A stretch of 64,000 bases of DNA from assembly GCA_965223265.1 (NCBI GenBank), contig OZ244999.1, positions 1,856,001 through 1,920,000 on the forward strand. Direction: 5' to 3'. The position numbers and the translations under genes are program-made. The stretch's first letter is position 1; the number at the start of each line of letters is the position of its first letter. The DNA is from Planctomycetota bacterium (GTDB lineage Bacteria; Planctomycetota; UBA8108; SXIK01). Below the pieces are notes generated by a model. The model was not told the DNA's origin and did no database searches. It worked only from the letters and a program-made list of their open reading frames with translations. Shown piece by piece: positions 8,709 through 17,184 of this stretch.

Positions 8709-9611
8709 CTATCCTGCTTCGATGAATCCATCTCCAACCATCACACTCGACCCACCAACCCAGGTGGCGACAGTGACTCCGTCTCGCTTCTCGGCGCGCA
8801 CTTCAAGGACGCTCGGACGACCCATCTCGACGCCTTGAGCCATGCGCCAACGAAAAGCGCCGTGGGTAGATTCGTTGTAGTGACACAGGAGCCCACCAAG
8901 GGCGCAGCTCGCGCTGCCGGTCGCGGGGTCTTCCGGTATTCCGTGGAGCGGCGCAAACATGCGCCCGCGGACATCAAATTCATCGTCGCTACGAACATAT
9001 GCGAACACCGCAGGAGGCAGACCTTCGGCGGCCAGAGCTTCGAACTCACCCGCGTTAGGACGCGCGCGTTCGAGAGCGGCTCGATCTCGCAGTTCGGTGA
9101 ATAGAAAACCGAGGCCCACGGAGGCGATCTGCGGAGGATGCGTGTGTGCGACGATGTCGTCGGGTTCGAGTGACAGCACGGCGACGAGGGACTCCGTCGC
9201 AACCGGCTGCCCGATCGTCAGGCGGGCAGGGGCCGAAAGTTCGCACCAGAGGTCCTCACCCGCGCGTTTTCGAATCGACACCGCTACGAGTCCAGCCTTC
9301 TCTGCGAAAGTGACCGTTGCCGTCGAGGCGATCGGTCCAAGCTCACCGGTGGCAGCGAGAACGAAAGCAGTGCCGATACTCGGGTGCCCGGCGAACGGGA
9401 CCTCCGCAGTCGGAGTGAAGATGCGAACTGTTCGGTGTTGCTGCTTTTGCGTCGGCGGGAAGACGAACGTGGTCTCCGGCAGGTTGAACTCCCGGGCGAT
9501 TTGCTGCATTTGCCGATCGGCAAGGCCACGCGCCTCCGGAAGTACCGCCAGCTGGTTGCCGCCGAAGCGTGTGTCGGTGAAGACGTCGCACAGATGGTAT
9601 CGGTAGCGCAT
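8709..9611 (-). CDS. PhzF-family isomerase
   Basis: DVFT..FGGNQLAV, ETTF, EVPFAGHP, EDPATGSA and QGVEMGRPS motifs. Confidence 0.92.
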   Translation of the reverse strand: MRYRYHLCDVFTDTRFGGNQLAVLPEARGLADRQMQQIAREFNLPETTFVFPPTQKQQHRTVRIFTPTAEVPFAGHPSIGTAFVLAATGELGPIASTATVTFAEKAGLVAVSIRKRAGEDLWCELSAPARLTIGQPVATESLVAVLSLEPDDIVAHTHPPQIASVGLGFLFTELRDRAALERARPNAGEFEALAAEGLPPAVFAYVRSDDEFDVRGRMFAPLHGIPEDPATGSASCALGGLLCHYNESTHGAFRWRMAQGVEMGRPSVLEVRAEKRDGVTVATWVGGSSVMVGDGFIEAG

Positions 9612-9636
9612 GAGCTGGGGCGTGAGTTGAAAGCGT

Positions 9637-9969
9637 CTAGTGCTGCGCGCTCGCTGCTGAAAACACGTGGAGAACGACCACGCCTGCGATGATGAGCGCC
9701 ATCCCAAGGACGCCGGGCGCGTCGATTCGTTCGCCATAGAGCAGGAAGCCAAGCACGGTGATGAGGACGATGCCAATGCCGCTCCAGACAGCATAGACGA
9801 CGCCGACGTGCAGATGCTGAATGCAGCGCGACAGGAAGTAGAACGCGCACGCATAGCCAATGACGACGATGACGCTCGGCACTGGACGCGAGAACGACTG
9901 CGATGCTTTGAGCGCGGTGGTCGCGATCACTTCGGCAACGATAGCGAATGCGAGATAGAGATAGGGCAT
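9637..9969 (-). CDS. SMR-family (EmrE/QacE-like) efflux transporter
   Basis: 110 aa, 4 TM; AIVAEVIATTALK with the membrane Glu; YAVWSGIG. Confidence 0.92.
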   Translation of the reverse strand: MPYLYLAFAIVAEVIATTALKASQSFSRPVPSVIVVIGYACAFYFLSRCIQHLHVGVVYAVWSGIGIVLITVLGFLLYGERIDAPGVLGMALIIAGVVVLHVFSAASAQH

Positions 9970-10421
9970 GTTCTTTTCAGCTCTTTGAGCGGTGTGCGTC
10001 TCACAAAGTAGCAGGCACACTCCTGTGTGCCGTCCGATCTTGTGACCGTGACCGTAAGTTGCGACGGCCGTCTTAGGCCAAACTCAAGGTTTAAGATCGC
10101 GCCAGACTTGTGTGACAGCCGGAATAGCAGCCGGCGACACCAGGTGTCGAGTTCTTCAACGGTGGTGTACATACCGCCTGAAAACGAGTTCATCGGCATC
10201 GCCGTTCGCCTTCAAGCCGCTCGAAATTGTGAACGACTTGATCCTGGAAATCCACTCGCGATCGCTTCCCGTCGAGGGCGATGTTCACAAGCCGTGTCGT
10301 TCTTTCTAAAATTGGGTCGCTTCTGGGGACGACGTCGGTGTCCGACAGCGCCGCAGCCCCCGTTGGACGCCACCACCTGGCGCGAACAAAGTCAGCCACG
10401 ATGATGATGCAGAAGGGACAC

Positions 10422-11294
10422 ATGCCAGAGCAGAATCAGCACGATCGACCCATTGGAGTGATCGGGCTCGGCCTTCTCGGGACCGCGCTTGCGGAGCGGC
10501 TCTTGGGCGGCGGGTTTCGCGTGGCCGTCTACAACCGTACGCGGGAAAAGGCAGACCCGCTGGTAGCCCGCGGCGCGACATGGTCGGACAATCCACTCCA
10601 AGAGTGCGACCGCATCGTCGTGAGTCTTTACACATCCGAAGTTGTTGACGAAGTTTTGAACGCTCTTGGTTCGGCTCTACGTCCAGGGCAAATCATTGTC
10701 GACACGACGACCGGCAACCCCCGACAAACCGAGGCATTCGGCCGGCGTCTCGCAGAGCGCAGCGTGGACTATCTCGAGACGCCGATTGCGGCGTCCAGCG
10801 AGCAGACGCGTCGCGGTGAAGCCGTTGCAATTGTCGCGGGACGACGTGAGGCGTTCGATGCAGTGAGCGATATTTTCGACGCCACCGTCGCTAAGCGTTT
10901 CTTTGTCGGCACGTGGGGGAACGCGGCCCGCATGAAGCTCGTCAACAATTTGATCCTTGGACTCAACCGGGTAGCGCTTGGCGAAGGGTTGGCATTCGCG
11001 CAGGCTATTGGATTGTCCAAGGCCGACGCTCTCGAGGTCCTCAAGCAAGGAAACGCGTATTCCGTCGTCATGGACGTCAAGGGGCGCAAGATGGTGGAGG
11101 GTGATTTCTCGACGCAGGCCAAGCTATCTCAGCACCTCAAAGACGTCCGCTTGATCCTGGACGAGGCGGCCTCCGGGGAGGTGGATCTCCCCGTCTCGCG
11201 GCTGCACCGTCAACTCCTCGAGAGCCTTGAGGCGGCAGGGCTGGGTGAGGCGGACAACAGTGCGATCATCCGCGCCTTCGAAAAGAGCGTCTGA
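10422..11294 (+). CDS. Beta-hydroxyacid dehydrogenase (3-hydroxyisobutyrate dehydrogenase family)
   Basis: IGLGLLG, YNRT, MKLVNN and HLKD motifs. Confidence 0.88.
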   Translation: MPEQNQHDRPIGVIGLGLLGTALAERLLGGGFRVAVYNRTREKADPLVARGATWSDNPLQECDRIVVSLYTSEVVDEVLNALGSALRPGQIIVDTTTGNPRQTEAFGRRLAERSVDYLETPIAASSEQTRRGEAVAIVAGRREAFDAVSDIFDATVAKRFFVGTWGNAARMKLVNNLILGLNRVALGEGLAFAQAIGLSKADALEVLKQGNAYSVVMDVKGRKMVEGDFSTQAKLSQHLKDVRLILDEAASGEVDLPVSRLHRQLLESLEAAGLGEADNSAIIRAFEKSV

Positions 11295-11378
11295 CGTTGT
11301 TCAAGAAGGCGACGCGGTAAGTCGCAGCGACGATCGCGGTGGGCGAGTTTTCCTCAGCGATCGCGACAAGCCGCCATG

Positions 11379-11933
11379 TCACTGGGTGCGCGCCGCAAGT
11401 TCTGCCGTCAACGCTTTCAGCCACGCCGCGCACTCGCGCTTGAATCGGCAGCAAAAGAGGTTGCCGTCGATCACCAGAGGTTCGGCGACGTAGATCGCGC
11501 CGGCAAGTTCCGCGTCGAGCTGGCAGCGCGGAATGGTGGTGATGCGGCGACCGCGGATGACGTCTGCCGCAGCGAGGATTTCGATCCCGTGACAGATCGA
11601 AGCGACCAGCTTTTCGTGCTCGAAGAAGTGACGCGTGATCGCGATGAGGTCTTGGTCGTAGCGCAGGAACTCGGGCGCTCGGCCGCCGGGAAGGACCAAG
11701 GCGGCGTACTCTTTCGGGTCAACATCCGCGAAAGCGACATCGGAGTCGAGCTTGTAGCCTGGCGTTTCGACCGTAATATCCCAGTCCGGTTCATGGTGGT
11801 GCTGGACGAGATGGTACGTTCGCTTTTTGGGTGCCGCCTTCACCACCTCATGCTCCTCGCTCAAGCGGTAGAGCGGAACCATGGTGTCAATGACTTCAGC
11901 GCCATCGCCAATGACGAGGAGAACTTTGGCCAT
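11379..11933 (-). CDS. DJ-1/PfpI-family protein
   Basis: PGGRAPEFLR and SICHG nucleophile elbow. Confidence 0.92.
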   Translation of the reverse strand: MAKVLLVIGDGAEVIDTMVPLYRLSEEHEVVKAAPKKRTYHLVQHHHEPDWDITVETPGYKLDSDVAFADVDPKEYAALVLPGGRAPEFLRYDQDLIAITRHFFEHEKLVASICHGIEILAAADVIRGRRITTIPRCQLDAELAGAIYVAEPLVIDGNLFCCRFKRECAAWLKALTAELAARTQ

Positions 11934-11936
11934 CTA

Positions 11937-12094
11937 AGCAGCCTGCCTGAAAAAGTCATTCGGCCGAGAAGCCGGCCTCTTCGCACCCAGCTCGACCGCG
12001 TCAATACTCGTCGTATACCTTATTGAAGAGGGCTCGGAGATTACCTGCGTTTGCCGCGGCCGATCTGGACGCGAAATGGCCAAACTCGAGGCTA
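11937..12094. repeat. Chimeric repeat with family A left end and body and a family B right end
   Basis: Starts AGCAGCCTGCCTGAAAAAGTCATTCGG and ends CGCGAAATGGCCAAACTCGAGG. Confidence 0.75.
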
Positions 12095-12099
12095 GCCTA

Positions 12100-12260
12100 G
12101 CAGCCCGTTGAAAAAGTCATTCGGCCGAGAAACTGGCCTCTTCACGCCCAGATCGAGCGCGGCGAGCCTCGAAAATCTCGGAGATTACCTACGTTCGCCG
12201 CGGTCGATCTGGACGCGAAGCGACCAGTTTTCGACTCGAAGCACTTTTTCAACAGGCTGC
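12100..12260. repeat. Family A MITE-like element, complete copy flanked by CTAG
   Basis: GCAGCCCGTTGAAAAAGT...ACTTTTTCAACAGGCTGC; CTAG at 12097-12100 and 12260-12263. Confidence 0.85.
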
Positions 12261-13666
12261 TAGAGGAAGTAGTCGGGCTCGCCCAACTCACGGGCTTCGA
12301 TCGCGTCGAGTTTGGCCGGGTCTTCGATCAGCTGCTCTAACCACCAGTTCACGTGGTTGTAGAGACATGTAACCTCTCGGCACTCGTGGGTCGCGTTGAA
12401 TGACTTGATCAGACCCGCAGTTCGTCCGCGCGTGTTCGCGTAGCTCGAGTCGTCGGCGTACGCTTCTTTCGTACCGACGAAGCCGTGTGGCTGATTGCGA
12501 TACACCGGACAGTTGTACATTCCAAGTGGACTCAGGACCTGGCGAAAGAACTGCATGTGGCAGGTGTTCGGCTGCTCGGTGTAGTTCTTGTAGCTGCGGT
12601 TCTCGAGCACTTTCAGATTCGTCGCTTCGTAGACACTGAACTCATCGGTCGACAGGCTTTTCGCGTCGTCGACGGCGCGGCGGATGCGTGCGATGATCGA
12701 GTCGAAGTGGTGATTCTTTTCGCTGAGGTCGACGATTTCGGCGTTGTTGTCCGGCGCTCGCGTTAGGAACGGCTTGTACGAAATGTAGTCAAACTTGTAT
12801 TTGCGTGCGCGTTCGGCACCGAGGCGAATCTCATGGATGTTCTCGACGATCTTGGTGTCGTTAATGAACGCGCCTTTCCACGTGATGATGAACGAAAAGC
12901 CGATCTTGAAGGGGCGGGGGACAGATTTGACGGCTTGAACGCCTTCGCAAATCTCGTCGAGCGTGATTTCCCGCTTCGGCTTGTGCATCGCCTGAAAAAC
13001 TTCGTCACTCCCAGAATCGAGCGAGAGGCGCACCCAGTCCGTCTCTTCGAGGCAATCGGCCACGGCGGCGATCTTGTCCATTCCGGAGCCATTCGAGACG
13101 ACGGAGACCTGGAGGCCGAGGTCCTTCATGAAACGGATAGTTTCTTCGAACTTCGGGTAGATGGTCGGCTCGCCGCCGCCGATGACGATCACCGATTTGA
13201 GACCGCTCTTCGCCATCAGCTCGAGGCTGTCGAGGAGCTTTTGATGTGTGTACTTGATCGGCTGATTCAGGATGTCCATGTCGACGCAGTGGTCGCATGC
13301 GTAGTTGCAAGCCGTGGTAATGTCGAGGTTGATCGACACGGGCGCGAAGTTGGGCACCTTGTCGAGATCGGTGATCGTCGACTCGGCGAGCACGTCGCCG
13401 CGAGCTTTGGCACGAAGGGCGGACTGCCACCTGACGTAATCTTTGACCCTCGGGAGGATGTCGGGTTGGCAAAGCTTCGAGGCGAAGTCGTGGATACGCG
13501 ACAGCTCGACGTGTCGCTCTCCGCCCGTAGGTGATTGGGGAGCCTCGTCGTCCAAGTCGCTCGTCCGTGATTCGGCGATGCCGCTGAGTCGGCCGCCGCT
13601 GCCGCCGTTTCGACGCACTGAGACCGCACCTTCCTCGAGTACCTTGAGCGGAATGATCTTGTTCAT
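12260..13666 (-). CDS. Radical SAM protein with C-terminal Cys-rich (SPASM/twitch-like) region
   Basis: CNYACDHC, GGGEP, SNG and RLSLD motifs; later CHMQ...NCP...CREVTC. Confidence 0.9.
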   Translation of the reverse strand: MNKIIPLKVLEEGAVSVRRNGGSGGRLSGIAESRTSDLDDEAPQSPTGGERHVELSRIHDFASKLCQPDILPRVKDYVRWQSALRAKARGDVLAESTITDLDKVPNFAPVSINLDITTACNYACDHCVDMDILNQPIKYTHQKLLDSLELMAKSGLKSVIVIGGGEPTIYPKFEETIRFMKDLGLQVSVVSNGSGMDKIAAVADCLEETDWVRLSLDSGSDEVFQAMHKPKREITLDEICEGVQAVKSVPRPFKIGFSFIITWKGAFINDTKIVENIHEIRLGAERARKYKFDYISYKPFLTRAPDNNAEIVDLSEKNHHFDSIIARIRRAVDDAKSLSTDEFSVYEATNLKVLENRSYKNYTEQPNTCHMQFFRQVLSPLGMYNCPVYRNQPHGFVGTKEAYADDSSYANTRGRTAGLIKSFNATHECREVTCLYNHVNWWLEQLIEDPAKLDAIEARELGEPDYFL

Positions 13667-13858
13667 AACGTATCCTTTCGCGGCCGCTTGGCGACCGGCG
13701 CCCTCCTCTGTCACTTCTCTTCTTCTCTCGCTTATCGCGTGTAGACGAGACCTACGCGCTGTTTCGGATCAGCAGTAAAACGTTTGGCTCCTTCTGTGAG
13801 GGGTCGTGGTTTCGACTTGCGGCGTGAACTCCGTCCGTGGATCTCCCTGTGTTCTCCT

Positions 13859-14803
13859 CTAGGGAGACGGACGTACGGCCTCCAGTAGATGTTCAAGCGC
13901 CGTCATAGATTCTGACAGTGCCCTAACGTCTGTCCGGCGGCCGTGGTTGACCGCAGCGATGAATTCCTTCACGAGCGACTGTAAAGGGTCCTCGACTCGA
14001 ATGATTCGTGACTCTGCCTCAAAGTGGATCTCGTAGCGCGGCAACACGATGCGGCGATCGACTCGTTTGCCGTTGATCGCGTAGGACGCAGGTCGTGGCG
14101 GGCTCTCCGTGGTTGTCAGTCGCAGGTCGACGATCGTTGATCCCAGGTCATGCTGGTAGACGAAATGTAAACATAATCCGCGACCGTCTTCATGCAAATA
14201 TTTTGTTCGGGCGTCGACGACGTTCCCATAACCTAACAACGCCTGAAGCATGCTGACGGTGTGAGGGGCTGCGTCGAGGACCATCTCGCGCCCGGTCGAG
14301 ATCGGCCCCATGTGCATCTCGAACGTCCGTACTGATTTCGAACGCTCGCCTGGGTAGAGCTCGTGGAAGGCCGATAAAGTTTGAGGCCACTGCGTCAGCA
14401 GGCAAAGGTAGAGGTCAGCTCCGGCGAATTCCTCGACGAGCTGCGACGTCAAGTCGCGGTCGGGCGCCGCGGAATCCCACCAGAATGGTTTTTCGCACAA
14501 GCAGTGACAACCTGCTCGCGCGCATTCTTCGACGTGCGCGCGGTGAAGCGTGTACGGTGAACAAACGGCAACGACGTCAGGGTGGGTCGAACGGAGGGCG
14601 TGGCGCACATCCGCAAACGACTGACATTTGATTCCGCTCGAGTTGGCGAGCTCGGCTTGAGCGAAATCTGCCGTGCGTTGTGTGCTCCCCACAATGCCAA
14701 CAATCTCGGCTCCGGCGGCTGCAAAGGCCTGCGCCACGAAGGCACCAAGTCCCTGCCGCCGTCGTCGCGCACCGATGACCACTACTCGCATCGCGCTGGT
14801 CAT
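13859..14803 (-). CDS. Gfo/Idh/MocA-family oxidoreductase
   Basis: N-terminal Rossmann-like strand, DVVAVCSP...H, CEKP and D...H motifs. Confidence 0.85.
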   Translation of the reverse strand: MTSAMRVVVIGARRRRQGLGAFVAQAFAAAGAEIVGIVGSTQRTADFAQAELANSSGIKCQSFADVRHALRSTHPDVVAVCSPYTLHRAHVEECARAGCHCLCEKPFWWDSAAPDRDLTSQLVEEFAGADLYLCLLTQWPQTLSAFHELYPGERSKSVRTFEMHMGPISTGREMVLDAAPHTVSMLQALLGYGNVVDARTKYLHEDGRGLCLHFVYQHDLGSTIVDLRLTTTESPPRPASYAINGKRVDRRIVLPRYEIHFEAESRIIRVEDPLQSLVKEFIAAVNHGRRTDVRALSESMTALEHLLEAVRPSP

Positions 14804-14812
14804 CTTCGGTAA

Positions 14813-14870
14813 GCCTCCGATTTGGCCATTTCGCGTCGAGCCTGCTGGCAGCGGCAGGGAGCGCGAGGCA
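14813..14870. repeat. Family B repeat, partial copy
   Basis: TTTGGCCATTTCGCGTCGAGCCTG...GGAGCGCGAGGC matches the end of the 26269-26527 copy. Confidence 0.6.
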
Positions 14871-14948
14871 GGTGCGCGCGTAAAGAATTCGAACACTCCA
14901 GTGTCGCGCGTGGTGCATCCCCGCCGGGGGGCGCGGCAGTTGTTGCCG

Positions 14949-15695
14949 TCACGTGACGAGCGTATCCCGCACCATACGGTATCCGAGCAAGAAGATGCCA
15001 GCATCGACGATTGCGTGGCTTAGCCAAGGGGCATAGAGCGAGCGGCTGCGATGGTAGCTCCATGCCCAGAAAGCACCTCCAATACACACGGCGGCGGAGA
15101 AGACGTAGCTGAACGGCGACGACCACCCGAAGTACGTGGCAAGAACGATCACGTGGTGCGCGGTGAAGCCAACACTAGAGACCACGACGGCAGTGGGGAG
15201 TTTGGTGAGCGTTCTTAACCGTGCAAAGACAAACCAGCGCCAGTAGTACTCTTCGAGAAGCGAGTGGAAGAGAGAGTAAAAAACCCCGAGGGCGGCGAAT
15301 TTTGTCACGGAGTCGATCCCCAACTCCGCGATCTTGCGGGGAACTTCCGCTTCCGGGCGTGCAAAGAGTTCTGTGCCGCGGAGACAGAGTTGGTGGAGTG
15401 CCAGCATGACGAGAACAACGCCGACGCCGAAGATGAGACCGATGCCCATGCCGCGGCTGCTTGGCGCTGTCACGCGCAGTCGTTCGCGCGCGACGAAACC
15501 CACCCACAGGGCTGGAAAACCGAATTGTACGATCTTACCCACGGCGTAGGTCGACTGCTGCAGCGCCGCCGACTCTCCCGCCAGAGCCACGAAGTACGCG
15601 TACGTGAGGATCGAAGGAAAAACCAAGGCGAACAGGACGGCGGCCCACTCGCGACGGCTCGGGAAAGTCTGCTCCGCTGCTGGACGTGTGTTCAT
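14949..15695 (-). CDS. CPBP (Abi/CAAX) intramembrane metalloprotease
   Basis: EEYYWR, FTAHH and SH..VD motifs; multiple TM segments. Confidence 0.9.
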   Translation of the reverse strand: MNTRPAAEQTFPSRREWAAVLFALVFPSILTYAYFVALAGESAALQQSTYAVGKIVQFGFPALWVGFVARERLRVTAPSSRGMGIGLIFGVGVVLVMLALHQLCLRGTELFARPEAEVPRKIAELGIDSVTKFAALGVFYSLFHSLLEEYYWRWFVFARLRTLTKLPTAVVVSSVGFTAHHVIVLATYFGWSSPFSYVFSAAVCIGGAFWAWSYHRSRSLYAPWLSHAIVDAGIFLLGYRMVRDTLVT

Positions 15696-16122
15696 CCTTT
15701 GCGTTCTCTTTGCTCCGCTCCTCCACTCAGTCGAGACGCACCGTCAGCGCGTCCACGCACCCGTTCGCTCTCTTGCCGCACGACAAACATAGCCTGAACG
15801 GATAGCCGGCAACAACTCTAGCAGTTCTTGCGCGCGCAGCGGCGCCGCGAGCGATATGATGGGGTGAGAGCCTGACCCGAGTCGACGCGCCAGCCAATCG
15901 GTTCGCTGCGTACCGAGGGTTCCGCTCTGACGATGGCTCCAGCGTCCACAGTTTTGGCCGTTGTTTAGCGAACTCTTTGCCATGTGTATGGATTACGCAA
16001 GGTCCTTGATGGCAAAAGGTTAGGTTTTTGTTGATTTTATAGGCCCGATGCACTTTAATCGCTGGTTCAAGTTTACCGGGCGTTCACATTTCGCAAGCAA
16101 TTCTCCAGTTGAGGGGATTCCC

Positions 16123-16752
16123 ATGAAGAGTTTGACTGCTCTCGCTGTTTTCTCTTTGTCTCTCTTGTACACGGCAGGCGCGTGCGCCGAACCGATGAAG
16201 GTCACGCTCGATCTGACCGGCGTGCTCAACAACGACGCTGGTGTTGACACCGCGGGGATCGAGAAGTTCGGCACCATTACGTTCATGGACGACGGCAACG
16301 GTGGGGTCGATGTTTGGGTCGAGACCACGGTCGGTTCGAAGATCCAGGCGGTCTACTTGAATGCCAAGGATGGCGTCTCACCGGACCTGACGCTGTCCCC
16401 GGGCGGAAACGTTGACTTCGACGGCATTCCGAATGGCAATTCGCTCGGTCAGAAGTTCGATCTCGGCTGGGACAAGCTCAAAGCCGGCAACTCGTTCCAC
16501 GCCAACATCTCTGGCGACGACATCAGCGTCAGCGATTTCATCACCAAAGGCGGCGGAACGATCTATGCTGCCGTCAAAATCGCTGGCATCGACCCGGGCG
16601 ACAAGTCCATGTGGGTGGGCGCCGTTCCTGAGCCCGCCAGCTTGGTGCTTCTCGGCGGCGGTTTGCTCTCGCTGGCAGGGTTGTCCCGAGTCAGGCGGAG
16701 GCAGCGTTCACAGCCCACCGCGGAAGAAGAGAATCCAGCGGCGGCGAAGTAG
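16123..16752 (+). CDS. PEP-CTERM sorting-domain protein
   Basis: Signal peptide; C-terminal AVPEPASLVLLGGGLLSLAGL followed by RVRRRQR. Confidence 0.9.
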   Translation: MKSLTALAVFSLSLLYTAGACAEPMKVTLDLTGVLNNDAGVDTAGIEKFGTITFMDDGNGGVDVWVETTVGSKIQAVYLNAKDGVSPDLTLSPGGNVDFDGIPNGNSLGQKFDLGWDKLKAGNSFHANISGDDISVSDFITKGGGTIYAAVKIAGIDPGDKSMWVGAVPEPASLVLLGGGLLSLAGLSRVRRRQRSQPTAEEENPAAAK

Positions 16753-16777
16753 TTCGCCTGAGACCGCAATGAAACTG

Positions 16778-16815
16778 AGGCGCGACTTCCTCCGGAGGCC
16801 GCGCCCTTTTCTTTT
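16778..16815 (+). terminator. Probable intrinsic terminator
   Basis: GGCGCG...CGCGCC stem followed by TTTTCTTTT just after the PEP-CTERM gene. Confidence 0.55.
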
Positions 16816-17184
16816 GTGGGGAAACTTTGGCCGTGCGGCGGAATTCGTCACCGCGGCCTGATAGCCGCCGTTGTTGTTAGCGTCGTCAATGCGAACGCCA
16901 GAGAGAGCTTGAGACCGGAGGGCGTCAGGATCGTCCTTCGACGGCCAGCCGACGGCGCGGGTGGCGGTAGAATTCCCGTCAAAGTTGTGGACTAATGATC
17001 GCGGGCGACGGGCCTCGGGGGGGAAGGCTGTCGTCTGCCCCCGGGCGAGGCCGGATGGTCTGGCTGCCGCTCTTCGTTGTCCTGCTCCCGCCGTCTTTGC
17101 CACATGTGCGTCGCCTCAAGCGGTGGCGCGGCCTACCGATTCGGTCCCACGAAGTGAGATCGCCAGTTGTTGCGGAGAACTTTC

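Noticed and set aside
8709-9611. Phenazine biosynthesis
   Set aside because: A lone PhzF-family gene with no phzA/B/D/E/G.
9970-10200. Guanidine riboswitch upstream of the SMR gene
   Set aside because: No twin ACGR hairpins or ykkC-type motifs seen on the coding strand, and the protein looks EmrE/Qac-like rather than Gdx-like.
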